64,000 nt of DNA, taken from the NCBI RefSeq assembly GCF_032444005.1, contig NC_091285.1, positions 54,932,001-54,996,000 of the forward strand, given 5' to 3'. Below are positions 34,685 through 48,405 of this stretch, piece after piece. The notes beneath the pieces are model-generated. The model was not told the DNA's origin. It did no database searches and worked only from the letters and a program-made list of their open reading frames with translations. The position numbers were made by a program, and so were the translations under genes. The stretch's first letter is position 1. Each line of letters opens with the position of its first letter. The stretch is from Ranitomeya imitator. Its lineage: Eukaryota.

Positions 34685-36710
34685 TGTTAGGGTTGGCGGA
34701 TTGCACTAAATAAATTTAATAATGAAATGCAATCACAACCCGAGGTCCACCATGCAGAGATGTAAAACTGCAGCTAATGTGAACAATGGTGGAACACATA
34801 GCGAGCGATTGCTAGCTTGCACTGAGTTACACGTCACTCAATGAACAGCACACAAAGTTGTGTGAGTCTCACACAGAATCAGAACAGATGCTCTGCTATA
34901 GAGCTGTGACATTCACACACAGTAACAAAACAGATGCTCTGCAATAGAGCTGTGTCACTCGCACACAGTAACAAAGAATATATGACGCTAGATACGATCC
35001 CTGTTAACCTCACAGGGGATCAAAGCTCACTAACAGGTCAAGTAGCAAACAGTGGTCACACGGTTAGCAGCAGCACTTAACCAACTCCTCTCCAGATGGG
35101 CCAGAATTCTAATGGCTAGATGCCAGCCCTGAATCCATGCAAGCAAACTCCTCTCTGGAGGTGCTGGAATCCTAATGGCTTAGCGCTGACCCTGAACACA
35201 TGCTGACAGAAACCACACTGTTGCTATGTCTCATTCTCACATGGAAAGAGGTTGTTACTAGTGCATCGGCATGCGCCACTGAGAGCCTTTTATACAAAAA
35301 GCTCAAGTCCAGTCAGACAGGACTGAGTATGCTCAGTAGGGTGATTTCTGGACTTAATCTCCAGAGCGTTCGCTCATCGCTGCCTACTGCTGGTTACCAT
35401 AGGCTTGACTGAAGAGCCAGTGGAATGCCTGTCTGGGCCGTGGCGTATTCGGTACCAGGTCCGGTCACTCTTAAAGGGGATGTCACAGTGGCTGCGACCC
35501 AGTCCGTGGCCCTGGGCGCCCAATTAAAGAGGAATGGTCTTTTAAGGGGAATTGTGAATAAAGTCTATTATTTGTGATGCCACCTATGGTTCTCGGCCAG
35601 TAGGACCCGAAGACACTTAAAGGAGTCCTCTGGGGTGATGATATGGATAGATGTGACGCTTCCCACTGGTGAAGCGGGGTCCCCAGCACTCCCAAAGTGT
35701 GTGGCAAAGATGGTGTATGCCGACGAATAAGTGGAGGACACAAGTTGTAAAGTCTTTATCTGGTTTACTGTCGTTAGCAAGCCACAGACCTGGGTAACAG
35801 GCACAGGTGTCCTGTGGTCTAGCCAGCTCCGAGGCAATGGGAGAATCTCCTTCCCAGCTGAGGTCCGTGAGCCTTCCCTCTTTGCACTGTTATATGAGGT
35901 CTCTGCTGCCTGAAGCTTTCCAACAAGGTCCTCGTTCTTTCCCCTATGCTGGGACAGGCACCTGCATGACGGGCAGCTTGAGCCATTTTACAGGGACTCT
36001 ATCATGCCCCGGGCTCTTCAGGTGCTGCTGTGTCTCAGATGTGGTGTCGGCCAATTACATACAGTTTTGGCCCTCCGGTTCTACTCTATGTCTTAGAGTC
36101 CCACAAAAGCCTCAAGCTCCTGGTATCCGGCTGCTGCACTCTGGTTCTGAGGGTGTCCGATCCCAGTTCCCCTCTGAGCCCTTTGTCTCTCCTTTGCTCC
36201 TTCCCTCTGTAGCTCCATCACATACAACCCTTCAGGTTCTCTCACTCCTTCCAGAGGCTGCAGCTCCCTTGTAGCTGCTCGGCCTCTCTGTCTGCTCTCA
36301 GTACCAGACTTCCTTCTCCTTCAGTGTCTCTATCAGACTGTCCTCACTCCTCCTCCAGGTCAGGATACATATAGCTCAGGGAAGCTCCCCTGAATCCGGG
36401 TCCTGAGCTCCCCCTCCTGGCTTGGATTTGGAAAGTGTTATGTGTGGGTGCCTTACCTGGTAAAGAGAACTCCATTGCCTCCAAGCATGATATTACCCTA
36501 ACCGAAGGGAAGGCAACATCACTGTAACAACCGGTTACCTGGGGTGTTACACCAGCAGTAACCAGACAAATATCATGAGCCTGAGCAAGATGCGAGGACT
36601 GACGTCTATGCTTAGCAGCACCCACAGCGGCCAAAGCTGGATGGGAGACCGAAGATGCAGGCAAGGCTTGGAATCTACCCTGTGCAGTGGGAGAATCCCA
36701 GCTCCTAGCA
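34685..36710. mobile_element. Solo-LTR-like element (family 1), interrupted by another LTR
   Basis: TGTTAG...CCTAGCA; shares blocks with 44044-45415 (gaggtccaccatgcagagat; atgctcagtagg; cagcagtaaccaga); flanks ATGGG/ATGGC. Confidence 0.65.
35421..36551 (-). mobile_element. Solo LTR (family 2), 1131 bp, nested in the family 1 LTR
   Basis: TG...CA ends; 4-bp TSD CCAG at 35417-35420 and 36552-36555; the host sequence resumes after the TSD. Confidence 0.75.
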
Positions 36711-37194
36711 ATGGCCTGCTGTGATATTTTTAGCAGTTCCATAAATAACAAAAATGTGGTAATTGAGCTTGCAAACCTATGCTCCATTTAAGTTGGGGTG
36801 GTGTCCTGTTCTTTGAGTTCTGGAGCTGTAATTCAAGGATCACCGAAGATCCCATTGGTAAAATTCCCAGTAAGCAGCAAATAGGAAATAACTAGCTTTT
36901 TTTTTTAGAGAATAACGCTTTAAAGGTGAAGGTGATATATGATATTAGTTATATATTGCTCCTATTGAATTAAACTTCATTCATGATTAGTCCAACCAAA
37001 AACAACAGTTGAGTACAATATTTTTACAAATTGTAGTCTTAGCGTACCAGTGGACATATAAAATAAATATTTTTCTAAATGACTTAAAGTTTCTAGAATG
37101 TGATTAAAAGGAAATATAATCATAAAATAATTCATAAACTTGTTAAAATACATTAAAAAATTAAGTTTTAAGAATAAAGTAAGAAGCAACTTAC

Positions 37195-39600
37195 CTGTGT
37201 AACTTGTTCAGTAGGCATATTTCCACCAACAATAACAGAATCATCAGTGTCTATGAGATTCTCTGTGGGGACGTTCTGCACTGGTTTCAGATAAGCGATT
37301 TCATTCTGCTTGGAGTCCAGAGTCACACACACATCATAGGAGAATGGGAAAGGTAAACTGGTATCACTGATCTCAGAAGGACATCCCAGGGTGAACTGAG
37401 GATACACGTTTCTATTGAAAGCATCAAAGGATGTTGGACTGTGAGTTTTTCGGCATTTAGCGATGACTGTGATTAACACTGTGACAATGAATAACAGAGA
37501 GATCAGGCCTATAGCTATTACAAGGTAGAATGTGGTATTGGAGACAGTTGCTGAGTTATTGAGTTGTCTTCTTATTTCTGGTACAACTTGTTGAAAATTT
37601 TCAGCCATAACTAAGTTCAAAGTGACCGTAGATGACAGAGATGGGACTCCATTATCCTTCACCAGAACCACAAGTTTTTGTCTCAATGACTCTGTGTCTG
37701 GAAGATCTCGTCCAATCCTGATTTCCCCAGTATATTGGCCAATGTTGAATAATGAAGGATCGGGAACTTGTAGTAAGTGATAGGAGAGCCAGGCGTTGTG
37801 TCCAGAGTCAGCATCCACTGCAATCACTTTGGTGACTAGATAACCTTTCTCAGCAGAGTGAGGAATAAACTCAAATAATGCTGATCCCTCAGTGTCTGGT
37901 GATGGGTAGAGGATCTTTGGAGCATTATCATTCTTATCAATGATACATATCCTCACTGTGACATTACTGCTTAGAGGAGGAGATCCACTGTCTTTAGCCA
38001 TCACCTGGAACTGAAATTCCCGCAACTGTTCATAGTCAAATGATCTCTGGGCATAAATTTCCCCAGTAATTGAGTTGATGGAGACATATGACGTAACTGG
38101 AATATTATCTATATTTGAATTAATAATTGAGTGAATTATCTCAGCATTTTCATTATCGTCTCGGTCTGATGCATACACAGCGTGCAGTGCGGTTCCTGCT
38201 TGAGTATGCTCTGGAGTATAAACAATATAAATTGGTTTATCAAAACGTGGGAAATTGTCATTTATATCAAATATGACAATATACATTATCTTCTCTGTAA
38301 CCATTTGAGGGGATCCTCCATCTTCACAAATAGCTGTGATGTTATAGCTTGAATTTTTCTCTCTATCCAAATGAGTTGCAGTCACAAGTTTGTAATAATT
38401 GTTAGATGATGGGGTCAATGTAAATGTAATAGTTTCTGAAATTTGACACGTAACTTCCCCATTTCTCCCAGAGTCTAAATCTGTAATATGAATTAATGCC
38501 ACAAGTGTTCCAGGTGCCGAATCCTCTGGAATAGGGTTTGATAGTGAAGCGAGCATTATTTCCGGAGCATTATCATTGACATCCTCAATCTGTATTATTA
38601 CGGTACATTTGGCTCCGAGGCCGCCACCATCTGTGGCTTCCACAGTCATCTCATAACTTTTTGCTGATTCATAGTCTAATTCTCCTTTAGTTCGAATTAT
38701 ACCGGTTTCTGTATTCATACTAAATACATTATTGACTTTCTCAGACATATGACTGAATGAATATGTAACTTCCCCATTGGATCCTTCATCTTCGTCTGTG
38801 GCATTGAGTTGAAGAACAAGAGAACCAAGTGGTGAATTTTCATTTAGATGGATTCTATAGGCATCCTGACTAAATACAGGATAATTGTCATTTGCGTCTT
38901 GTACAACAATTGTAATGCATGCAGTTCCAGTTTTCAGAGGATTTCCGCCATCAGATGCCGTCAGAATTAATGTATATTGCTTTTGCTTTTCACGATCCAG
39001 ACTTTGCGCCAAGATCAGCTCAGGATGTTTTTTTCCTTCAGTGTCAGTTTTTACTTTTAAAGAAAACTGTAGATTAGGGTCTAAAGTATAACTCTGTAAG
39101 GAATTAGTGCCAATATCTGGGTCAAGTGCATTTCCCAGAATAAAACGTGAACCCGGAGAAGCGGACTCGCTTATCCCTAGCTGAAATAAATTCTTAAAAA
39201 ATGTTGGTGAATTATCATTAATATCTTGGATTTCAATCTTGACTGGATAAACATTCACAGGATTTTCAGCCAGAATCTCAAGGTCCATGACGCAGATCTG
39301 CTCGGACCCGCACAGCTCTTCTCTATCTATCCGGTCACTTACATATAAATTTCCATTTTCTAAACTCACGTTGAAATAATTCCTGTTATTATGAGAAACA
39401 ATTCTTAATTTTCTGATTTCTAATTCATTGGTAGTTAATCCCAAATCTTTCACTAAATTCCCAACTGCGGCATTTATCTTCATCTCTTCTGGAATCGAAT
39501 AGTGGAGTGGATTAGAAGCAGCCACAGAAAATAAAGTAAAGCAGAGAAATAATACTTGCCAAGCCATGCTGTCTATAGAAGAGGAGTCTTCACTTTCCAT
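37195..39600 (-). CDS. pcdhg: Clustered protocadherin (gamma-like) variable exon E
   Basis: ATG at 39600, second in-frame ATG at 39567; EC1-6, TM, cytoplasmic segment; donor CAG|GTAAGT at 37195/37194. Confidence 0.95.
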
Positions 39601-39770
39601 AAGAATCCAAGGAAAACTGTAATGTTTAATCCTGAATTATAGGAAGAAAAGTGTCCACATACAAAGAGCAGGAGTGGGAATGCCACTATCCTTGTCTAGG
39701 GTCTGCTGTGTATGAATATAGTAAGTATCCGCAGCTCCACACGGAATATTCCGCTTCTCTGCCATCTTAT

Positions 39771-39790
39771 CCAACACTGACATCATGAGG
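39771..39790 (-). promoter_or_regulatory. CSE/CTCF-like promoter motif of exon E
   Basis: CCTCATGATGTCAGTGTTGG, identical to the motif of exon C. Confidence 0.72.
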
Positions 39791-40585
39791 CGAAATGTAA
39801 GAACTGCCATTCCATTGAAAAAAAATAACAATTTGACTTTATAAAGGTCTTCTAAATTTTTTTTTATAAAGTAGAAAATGTTATACATGCTGCAACATAT
39901 TTTTACAATTGTAGGCATTTTCCTACATTAGAAATGGAAAGCACTTACAGAACAGGTACAGAATATTTCTATTCAATTGAATTTAACTTTTTTAAATTCA
40001 TTTTGTTTTCTTTTCTTTTTTAATTCTTTTTGCCTGCCTTAACGTTTTAATGTTTATGTTAAAAATAACATTAGTTCTAAAATGCTTCTTAATGCTGCAA
40101 CGTGCCTTCCTTATGGTGGAACTTGCAATAAATAAAATAATAAATTCAAATGTCTATAATCATTTTCTGATGATGGACCATTTCTTTATCACTTGCATAA
40201 TGACAATATATAATGTACTGTATGAACAAAGAAATGATATCAACTGCAATATTATTCACCATAGTACGCACAAAATTGAAATAGACGGAGTAAAACATAA
40301 ACTCAATATAATATATAGTACAAGACTCAAAATTACTAAGCATAAAAATTATCTTTATAAAACATGATTAAACATACATATACATAAATGGATTAAGCAA
40401 CATGCAAAATGTGCATCGGGTCATGGGTGGCTAGCCGGTCTTTAGTATTCCTTTGCTTTGGTAATATTTTGTTTAGTTTTTTGTCCATTACGGGCAGTTT
40501 ATAACTGATGGATTTTGGTACCACGTTTGTCTACATATTTTTCTTATCCATATACATTCTGTTTTTCTATTTAACTGTGGATATA

Positions 40586-42130
40586 CACTACTGTTCAAAG
40601 TTTAGGGTCACCCAGACAATTTTGTGTTTTCCTTGAAAACTCATACTCTTATTAATGAAATGAGTTGCCAAATGAATTGAAAATCTTGCCCAGACATTGA
40701 CAAGGTTAAAAAAAAGATTTTTATTTAATAATTTTCTCCTTCAAACTTCACTTTCGTCAAAGAATGCTCCCTTTGCAGCAATTACAGCATTGCAGACCTT
40801 TGGCATTCTAGCAGTTAATTTGCTAAGGTAATCTTGAGAAATTTCACCCCGTGCTTCCAGAAGTCCCTCCCACAAGTTGGTTTGGCTTGATGGGCACTTT
40901 TTGCGTACCATACAGTCAAGCTGCTCCCACAACAGTTCAGTGGGGTTGAGATCTGGTGATTGTGTTGGCAACTCCATTACAGATAGAATACCAGCTGCCT
41001 GCTTCTTCCCTAAATACTTCTTGCATAATTTGGAGGTGTGCTTTGGGTCATTGTCCTGTTGTAGGATGAAATTGGCCCGAATCAAACGCTGTCCACAGGG
41101 TATGGCATGGCGTTGCAAAATGGAGTGATAGCCTTCCTTATTCAAAATCCCTTTTACCTTGTACAAATCTCCCACTTTACCAGCACCAAAGCAACCCCAG
41201 ACCATCACATTACCTCCACAATGCTTTACAGATGGCATCAGGCACTCTTCCAGCATCTTTTCAGTTGTTCTGCGTCTCACAAATGTTCTTCTGCGTGATC
41301 CAAACATCTCAAACTTGGATTCGTCTGTCCATAACACTATTTTCCAATCTTCCTCTGTCCAATGTCTGTGTTGTTCTGCCTATGTTAATCTTTCCCATTT
41401 GTTAGCCAGACATAGCTTTTTCTTTGCCACTGTGCCCTGAAGGCCTGCATCCCGGAGTCGCCTCTTCACTGTAGACGTTGACACTGGCGTTTTGCGTGTA
41501 CTATTTAATGAAGCTGCCAGTTGAGGACCTGTGAGGCGTCGACTTCTCAAACTACAGACTCTAATGTACTTGTCTTGTTGCTCAGTTGTGCAGCGGGGCC
41601 TCCCACTTCTCTTTCTACTCTGGTAAGAGCCTGGTTGTGCTCTCCTCTGAAGGGAGTAGTACACACCGTTGTAGGAAATCTTCAGTTTCTTGGCAATTTC
41701 TCGCATGGAATAGCCTTCATTTCTAAGAACAAGAATAGACTGTTGAGTTTCACATGAAAGTTCTTTTTCTTCTGGCCATTTTGAGAGTTTAATGGAACCT
41801 ACAAATGTAATGCTCCAGATTCTCAACTAGCTCAAAGGAAGGTCAGGTTTATAGGTTCTCTATTCAGCCAAACTGTTTTCATCTGTGCTAACATACTTGC
41901 ACAAGGGTTTTCAAGGCTATTCTAACCATCCATTAGTCTTCTTACACAGTTAGCAAGCACAAAGAACACTAGAGTGATGGTTGTTGGAAATGGGCCTCTA
42001 TACAGCTATGAAAGTATTGTATTACAAACTAGACATTTGCAGCTAGAATAGTTATTTACCACATGTAACAGTGCTTTTCTTTCAAAAATAAGGAAATTTC
42101 TAAGTGACCCTAAACTTTTGAAAGGTATTG
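40586..42130 (-). mobile_element. Full-length but decayed Tc1 transposon (DD34E)
   Basis: TIRs CACTACTGTTCAAAGTTTAGGGTCAC / GTGACCCTAAACTTTTGAAAGGTATTG, flanked by TA on both sides. Confidence 0.92.
40741..41779 (-). pseudogene. Tc1 transposase pseudogene
   Basis: WTDESKFE, QQDNDPKHT and SPDLNPTE motifs. The ATG at 41779 is followed by a +1 frameshift at about codon 5; in-frame TAG at 41380-41382. Confidence 0.9.
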
Positions 42131-42829
42131 TATACATTTATATATTTATACTGATCAGGCTGTCTCCCTTACTTCTAATACTTATGTGCAGAGTCACTTT
42201 TTTCGAAATGGTTTTCTAACAATCATGAACTTGTTTTTATGCTTAATAGTTTTGAGCCTTTTACCATTTTTAGATTATATTGACTTTATGTCTTATACTT
42301 TTTTTGCACTTTTTGCAGATTGGGTATGTTAATATTTACAGGTGTTACTATAGACATTACTTCTTAGGAGTCTTGCTATATGATTGTATGATTTTCCATG
42401 AATAAAATAGGCAGATGTCAGATTATTAGTATTGCTGTTAGAGAACATATTAACTTATGGTTCAAATATTTCATGAAGCCTAACAATAGCTTTAAACTGC
42501 ATCCCTCAAATCTTCTGAACATTGTCATAGAAAGTTGCTAGGTAGTCATTATCTATACAGTTACCAACATTGAAGAAATTAGGAAGACATTTTCCCTGAA
42601 TAGCAGATTAATTTATTCTCATGAGCATCTATTCAGACTATATTAAATGTTTGTGTTCCATCTATAAGTTAGGTAAATGTCCTCTCTAACATCATCCGCC
42701 ATCACTACAGAATCCATTCCCTGCACTGACATTTGGAATTTCAAGATCTAAGAGAACAGGTTGGAACCAATAGTAATAAAAAAAAGAGATGGACTATATG
42801 ATAATTTATAGAAAAAGATAAGGAGCCTT

Positions 42830-43320
42830 ATGTTGGAATAGGAGGAAGGGTTATGCAGAGATGGTGATTTGGGGGAGGTGTGAGAAGTAGGGTGTGGTAG
42901 GGTCGAATCTTTACAAATCCAGGGAAACCATATTTTGAGGAATTGGGGGTGAATGTTGGATTCCCAACTGTATAGTCCTTCTAGATGTTGTGTTAGGGGG
43001 ATTTTATCTACCCACTTGGAAAGCATGGGAGGACTTGTCTGTTTCCAGCATAATGGCATCAGGAGTTTAGCAGCTCCGAATAAGCATGCTAAGAGGTCAT
43101 GCTTTTTGGATTTGAAATGATTCAAGAGACTGGATAGTAGAACTACTGTAGGGGTTTGAGTATGTCTAATAATCCATAAATCTCTTAAAGTCAATTCTGT
43201 CTCCTTGCAAAATTGTTTTAATTTAGGGCAAAACTAGAAAATATGTGAAAGAGTTCCTTTGTGAGAGTTGCATCTCCAGCATATATTTGAGTCAGTTAGA
43301 CCAAAGTGGTGTAATAGTTC
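42830..43320 (-). mobile_element. L1-type LINE ORF2 C-terminal fragment
   Basis: Translates CWRCNSHKGTLSHIF*FCPKLKQF (CCHC knuckle), then AAKLLMPLCWK..PP..W..I...E..F..IW.PW. Confidence 0.75.
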
Positions 43321-44043
43321 ACTTTAGTTATTTATTAACCCATCGTCCACCACACCCCATCTGGTGTATGTAAATAAAACACATGACTCCTTGTAACTTG
43401 AGTAAAATGGTAGCAGAAGCCTTTATTGATTACAATTAAAGCCCGCAGTGCCCGCAACAATGTTAACCTCACAACTTTATAAATAATGTAAACTTTATAT
43501 GTATGTAACAGGTTACTAGGTCTAGGACAGAGACAAAACCTCACAACCATAAGTATCTCTGGCCGCACTACACCAGCCCAGAAAGTAAGGTATTAATATC
43601 ACATAATTAATACCCCTAACCTAGCAGGACTCACATCCGCAAGTTATATTGGGCAGGAACTGAAGTCATTATTCCCAAAAGTACCTTCCATCCGAAGGAC
43701 ATCACAATTAATAAGCTTTTATGCCAGACCGATCACCCGCTGGGGTGACAGAAAACACACTGCAGTAATGTCCAATGCCAATATCTTTTCTTGCATTTTC
43801 TAAAATCAATAGTGTTGAATTTCTTTCATCCTGGATTGTTATGGTTTTGGATAAAAAGTGGTTGGTCTGATTTGCTCCACTACTTATTTTAGGAGATACA
43901 AGGAAAAGATGTATGGCATGTGACATTATTGCAATATAGATAGTATTACTTTTCCATATGGGTTTTATTAAGGTGTAATTGGAGTTGTATAACATAAATT
44001 ACTCTTATTTGTCTGAAAATTAGGAAATTGGTACTAATATGGT

Positions 44044-45415
44044 TGTTAAGGCTAGCAGAACGCACCGAATAATATAAAGGAGGCTATCAGGTGCATTCGC
44101 AGCCCGGGGTCCACCGTGCAGAGATTTTACCTGCTGCTCAGTAATGGCGGACAGTATATGGCAGTATAATAGAAAGCACACACGGGTTAGCGTCACCCGG
44201 TATGTAAGGAGAAGGGCCCTGTTGTGTCACAGGACCACAATACCACAGAATGAACGGTAGTGTTTTGTCACGGGACTCTGCCCCAAGGACACAGGGTTAG
44301 AGTTCTTCTAAATCCACTAATAGTCGGTGCCTCACCTGCGGTGCCAAGGAAAACTAAACAATAATTGATTTAGCACACTGAGTGCATGCAGCGCCACTCT
44401 GGTGGATGACAATAACTGCCCTAACTAGGGACAGGAAAGTGCACTAGTTGAGCATGGCGCCGCACTGGCGAATGCTGCTTATGACGCTGTAGGATCGTGC
44501 CTCGTGTTGGATGGCACTAACTGGTGCTAGTCAGCTCCAAACACTCAAACCACATACGACATAGTAACATAGTAACATAGTTAGTAAGGCCGAAAAAAGA
44601 CATTTGTCCATCCAGTTCAGCCTATATTCCATCATAATAAATCCCCAGATCTACATCCTTCTACAGAACCTAATAATTGTATGATACAATATTGTTCTGC
44701 TCCAGGAAGACATCCAGGCCTCTCTTGAACCCCTCGACTGAGTTCGCCACCACCACCTCCTCAGGCAAGCAATTCCAGATTCTCACTGCCCTAACAGTAA
44801 AGAATCCTCTTCTATGTTAGTGGAAAAACCTTCTCTCCTCCAGATGAAAAGAATGCCCCCTTGTGCCCATCACCTTCCTTGGTATAAACAGATCCTCAGA
44901 GAGATATTTGTATTGTCCCCTTATATACTTATACATGGTTATTAGATCGCCCCTCAGTCGTCTTTTTTCTAGACTAAATAAACACTAGGGAAGGGGTTGA
45001 TTTGGAGCTTTCACCAGATACCATACTCACATCCACACACTCACAATTTTAGCTTATATTAGTGCATGGCAAAGCGGCCAACCTTTAATAGTTGCAGCTT
45101 TCTGGGACCTTGCCAGTGGTCCAATCGAAGCCGCTTGAGGACCTGGGCTTGTGACCTCCGACCTCCAATGAGAAGTCATCCCACGGGCATGCTCAGTAGG
45201 CAAAAAGCAGGATTTACTGCCCAGGAGCGTCTGCTCGCTGCTGACCAATGCTGGTTACAATAGCTGAACCTGGGACAGCAGCAGTAACCAGAGCAAGACG
45301 CTGGGACCTCCATCTCTGCTGAGCAGGCTCCTCTGCAGTTGGGGAAGAAGGGGAGACTGCAGAGGACATGGCTCGAGATTCCCCCTGTGCAGCGGCGGGA
45401 ACTCGACACCTAACA
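44044..45415. mobile_element. Solo-LTR-like element (family 1), interrupted by a CR1 fragment
   Basis: TGTTA...TAACA ends; flanks ATGGT/ATGAT (5-bp TSD with one mismatch); homologous to 34685-36710. Confidence 0.7.
44560..44981 (-). mobile_element. CR1 LINE 3' end
   Basis: Translates LFSLEKRRLRGDLITMYKY...TRGHSF...FFTVRAVRIWNCLPEEVV; tail is the (CATAGTAA)n repeat on plus. Confidence 0.92.
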
Positions 45416-45886
45416 ATGATACATTTTCCATTTAGCTTTTAGGAATATACGCAGTCTTTATAGTGTGAATAGATCTATATTCATATTGTTTGTCAAGGTA
45501 CCAATATTATATCTATGTTTATGAAACCAAACATTAAGATGAGAATCAAAGACTGCAGAAACAGTTTTTCATTTAGTAACAAACAAACATTTTAGGAAAC
45601 ATTTTTTAAATAAAAAAATAATAGAACCAATCACAATTTACAATATATGGTGCAATTGACAGTTCAGAACAATGGCAAGCATATAGTACTGGCCCGAAAA
45701 GTGCGCTCTCCAGTAGTATTAGTGGAGAACAGGGGCTCTATTGCTGACTTGATGCCACTTCAACAAGCTAGTCAGGATTAGAACAGCACATACCATTGCT
45801 TGTAAGCACGCTGTATACCTGGCCACCCCTGGTAGACTGCAGCAGTGATCGATAACCAAGACAGGCAGAATTAAAAATCTATTTAA

Positions 45887-46295
45887 AGGAAACCTGTTAC
45901 GTAAAAAAATGCAGATGTGAGGTTAAGATGCTGGTTAATAGCATTCTGACACCAACTGCCTGAAGGAAATAACATTTATTCCTCCAAACAGCGTTCTGTT
46001 TAGTCATAAGGATGGCACCATTGTGGGTTCAGTTACCACCCTGGGTATAGATAGAAACATCTGTATCGGTGCCCCGACACTGACAGCCAACCGTAATGAT
46101 GACCCAACCATCAGTCAATGCCAGGGACATGATTAAAACCATTGATCTCATTCTGATCTCTTTGCACAGAACAGTGAAGCTCATTTCCTCCCGGCAGTGG
46201 GGCTCTCAGTGCAGCAGCTGCATGGTGTCAGAATGCTATTAAACTGCACATTAACCATACCTGCTAATAATGTTATTTTACATCACAGCTTCCCA
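45887..46295. mobile_element. T2/Kolobok-like MITE
   Basis: TTAA|AGGAAACCTG...CAGCTTCCCA|TTAA; internal inverted arms ttaatagcattctgacacca / tggtgtcagaatgctattaa. Confidence 0.6.
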
Positions 46296-46874
46296 TTAAA
46301 TATGCTAATGTCCTTAAGAGTGAAGATTTTTAATAAGTCTTACAACCACTTTTAAATTTTAACCATTACTTGTGTTGCTACCAACCCTTTAAAGAGTTCA
46401 TGATGACTAAACTTCTGTAGCTTTTGATAAAACTATCAGCATATACTAAATTAAATCTAAATGTTGACAATGAGTAAAAATATGAAAAAAACACTGAATG
46501 AAAGATATTTGTAATTGAGGAATCCTATCATTATCACATTTTAGAATATTAAACTCGCTAACATAGAAGAGAGAGGTACATGCTCAGTCTAAAAACATGG
46601 AGATTAAAATTATTCACTTGGTACTTATGTCTTGTTTCATGAAATAGAATGCATTACTATGCTTGGGGGCCTAGTTTCATTTTTTTGTATCAGGAGGGGT
46701 AAGTAGTGTAGTTATTTTGTTAACCTGCATCATGTTTTATCTGAAATCTCTAAGCAATATATTTTCATTTAATTGTATACTACATGTCTGAGTAAATGGA
46801 ACATTATAGTTGGATATCTATTTTCTCATTTTTTCCCTACTGTAAAAATGGTCTAATTTAAAAGTATATATACA

Positions 46875-48153
46875 CTGTATATACTTGAGTATAAGCCGAC
46901 CCGTGTATATCCTGACCCCCCTAATTTTGCCACAAAAAACTGAGAAAACTTAATGACTCGAGTATAAGCCGAGGGTGGGAAATGCAGTAGCTATCGGGAA
47001 ATGTCAAAAGTAAAAATAGGTACCAATAAAAGTAAAATTAATTGAGACATCAGTAGGTTAAGTGTTTTTGAATATCCATATTGAATCAGGAGCCCCATAT
47101 AATGCTCCATACAGATTATAATGGGCCCCATAAGATGCTCCATATTAAAATATGCCCATATAATCCTGCATAAAGGTTAATAATGGCCCCATAAGATGCT
47201 CCATAGACACATTTGCCCAATATAATGCTGCACAAATGCTGATTATGGCCCCATAAGATGCTCCATAAAGATATTTGCCCCATATAGTGCTGCACAAACC
47301 TTGATTATGGCCCCATTAGATGCTCCATACAGACACTTGCCCCATATACCGTAATGCTCCACAAACGTTAATTATGGCCCCATACAGACACTTGCCCCAT
47401 ATAGTGCTGCATAAACATTATGGCCCCATACAGACACTTGCCCCATATAGTGCTTCACAGACGTTAATTATGGCCCCATACAGACACTTGCCCCATATAG
47501 TGCTGCACAAACGTTATGGCCCCATAGATGCTCCATACAGACACTTGCCCCATTTGCTGTTGCTGCGATAAAAAAAATCACATACTCACCTCTCCGTTGC
47601 TCAGGCCCTAGGCACTTTCAATAGTCACCTGCTCCTCGTTCCGGCGCAGCTCCATCTTCCGCGTCTTCTGCACTGACGTTCAAGCAGAGGGCACGCACTA
47701 ACCACGTCATCGCGCCCTCTGACCTGAGTGTCACAGCAGAAGACGCTGAAGACAGAGCGGCGCCGGAATGAGGAGCAGGTGAATATCGTGCAGCGCAGTG
47801 CTCCCCCTCCCCGTTATACTCACCTGTCCCTGGCGCTGTGCAGTCCCTGCTTCCCGGCACCGCAACTTCTTCCTGTACTGAGCGGTCACCGTTACCACTC
47901 CTATAGAGGTGGAGCCGCATATTCATTACTGTAATGAGCGGTACCATGTGACCGCTCAGTACAGGAAAAAGCTGGGGCGCCAGCAAGCCGGGGACCTGCA
48001 GGGACCGCGCCAGGAGTAGGTGAGTATAATTAGACAGCCCCCGCTCCCCCTCCCCTGCCGACCCCTGGGTATGACTCGAGTATAAGCTGAGAGGGGGACT
48101 TTCAGCCCCAAAAAATGGGCTGAAAATCTCGGCTTATACTCGAGTATATACGG
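46875..48153. mobile_element. Non-autonomous Tc1/mariner-class (Tc2/pogo-like) element with internal ~50-bp repeats and a GC-rich hairpin
   Basis: TIRs C(T/C)GTATATACT(T/C)GAGTATAAGCCGA; TA at the right flank, CA at the left. Repeats at ~47090-47560; palindrome at 47816-48027. Confidence 0.8.
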
Positions 48154-48405
48154 TATATGGAGATAATCCGACTAATATCCATCATATACACTTTTATTTG
48201 ACATGTTAATTATCAAATGAATGTTCTCCTCGTCTAATAAACTCACAAAATTTACGCATTCTTCATAAACTTAAGAAACATGTCAACTATAAAACTATAC
48301 AAACATCCTTTTACAAAATATATGAAATTGTGCGAGTAACTAAACAAATATTATATCAATATCTATAATATATTTGCATAATTTTAAAATTAGATTGCTT
48401 CCTAC

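Noticed and set aside
39800-48300. Hidden Pcdh pseudo-exon or constant exon in the long E-F spacer
   Set aside because: No cadherin motifs or constant-region-like peptide seen in the ORF track or by eye; a tBLASTn search would be needed to exclude small relics.
48340-48405. C-terminal residues after QV in each Pcdh ORF (e.g. GSNLILKLCK...)
   Set aside because: Read-through into intron past a conserved phase-0 CAG|GT donor; unspliced isoforms cannot be excluded but are unsupported.
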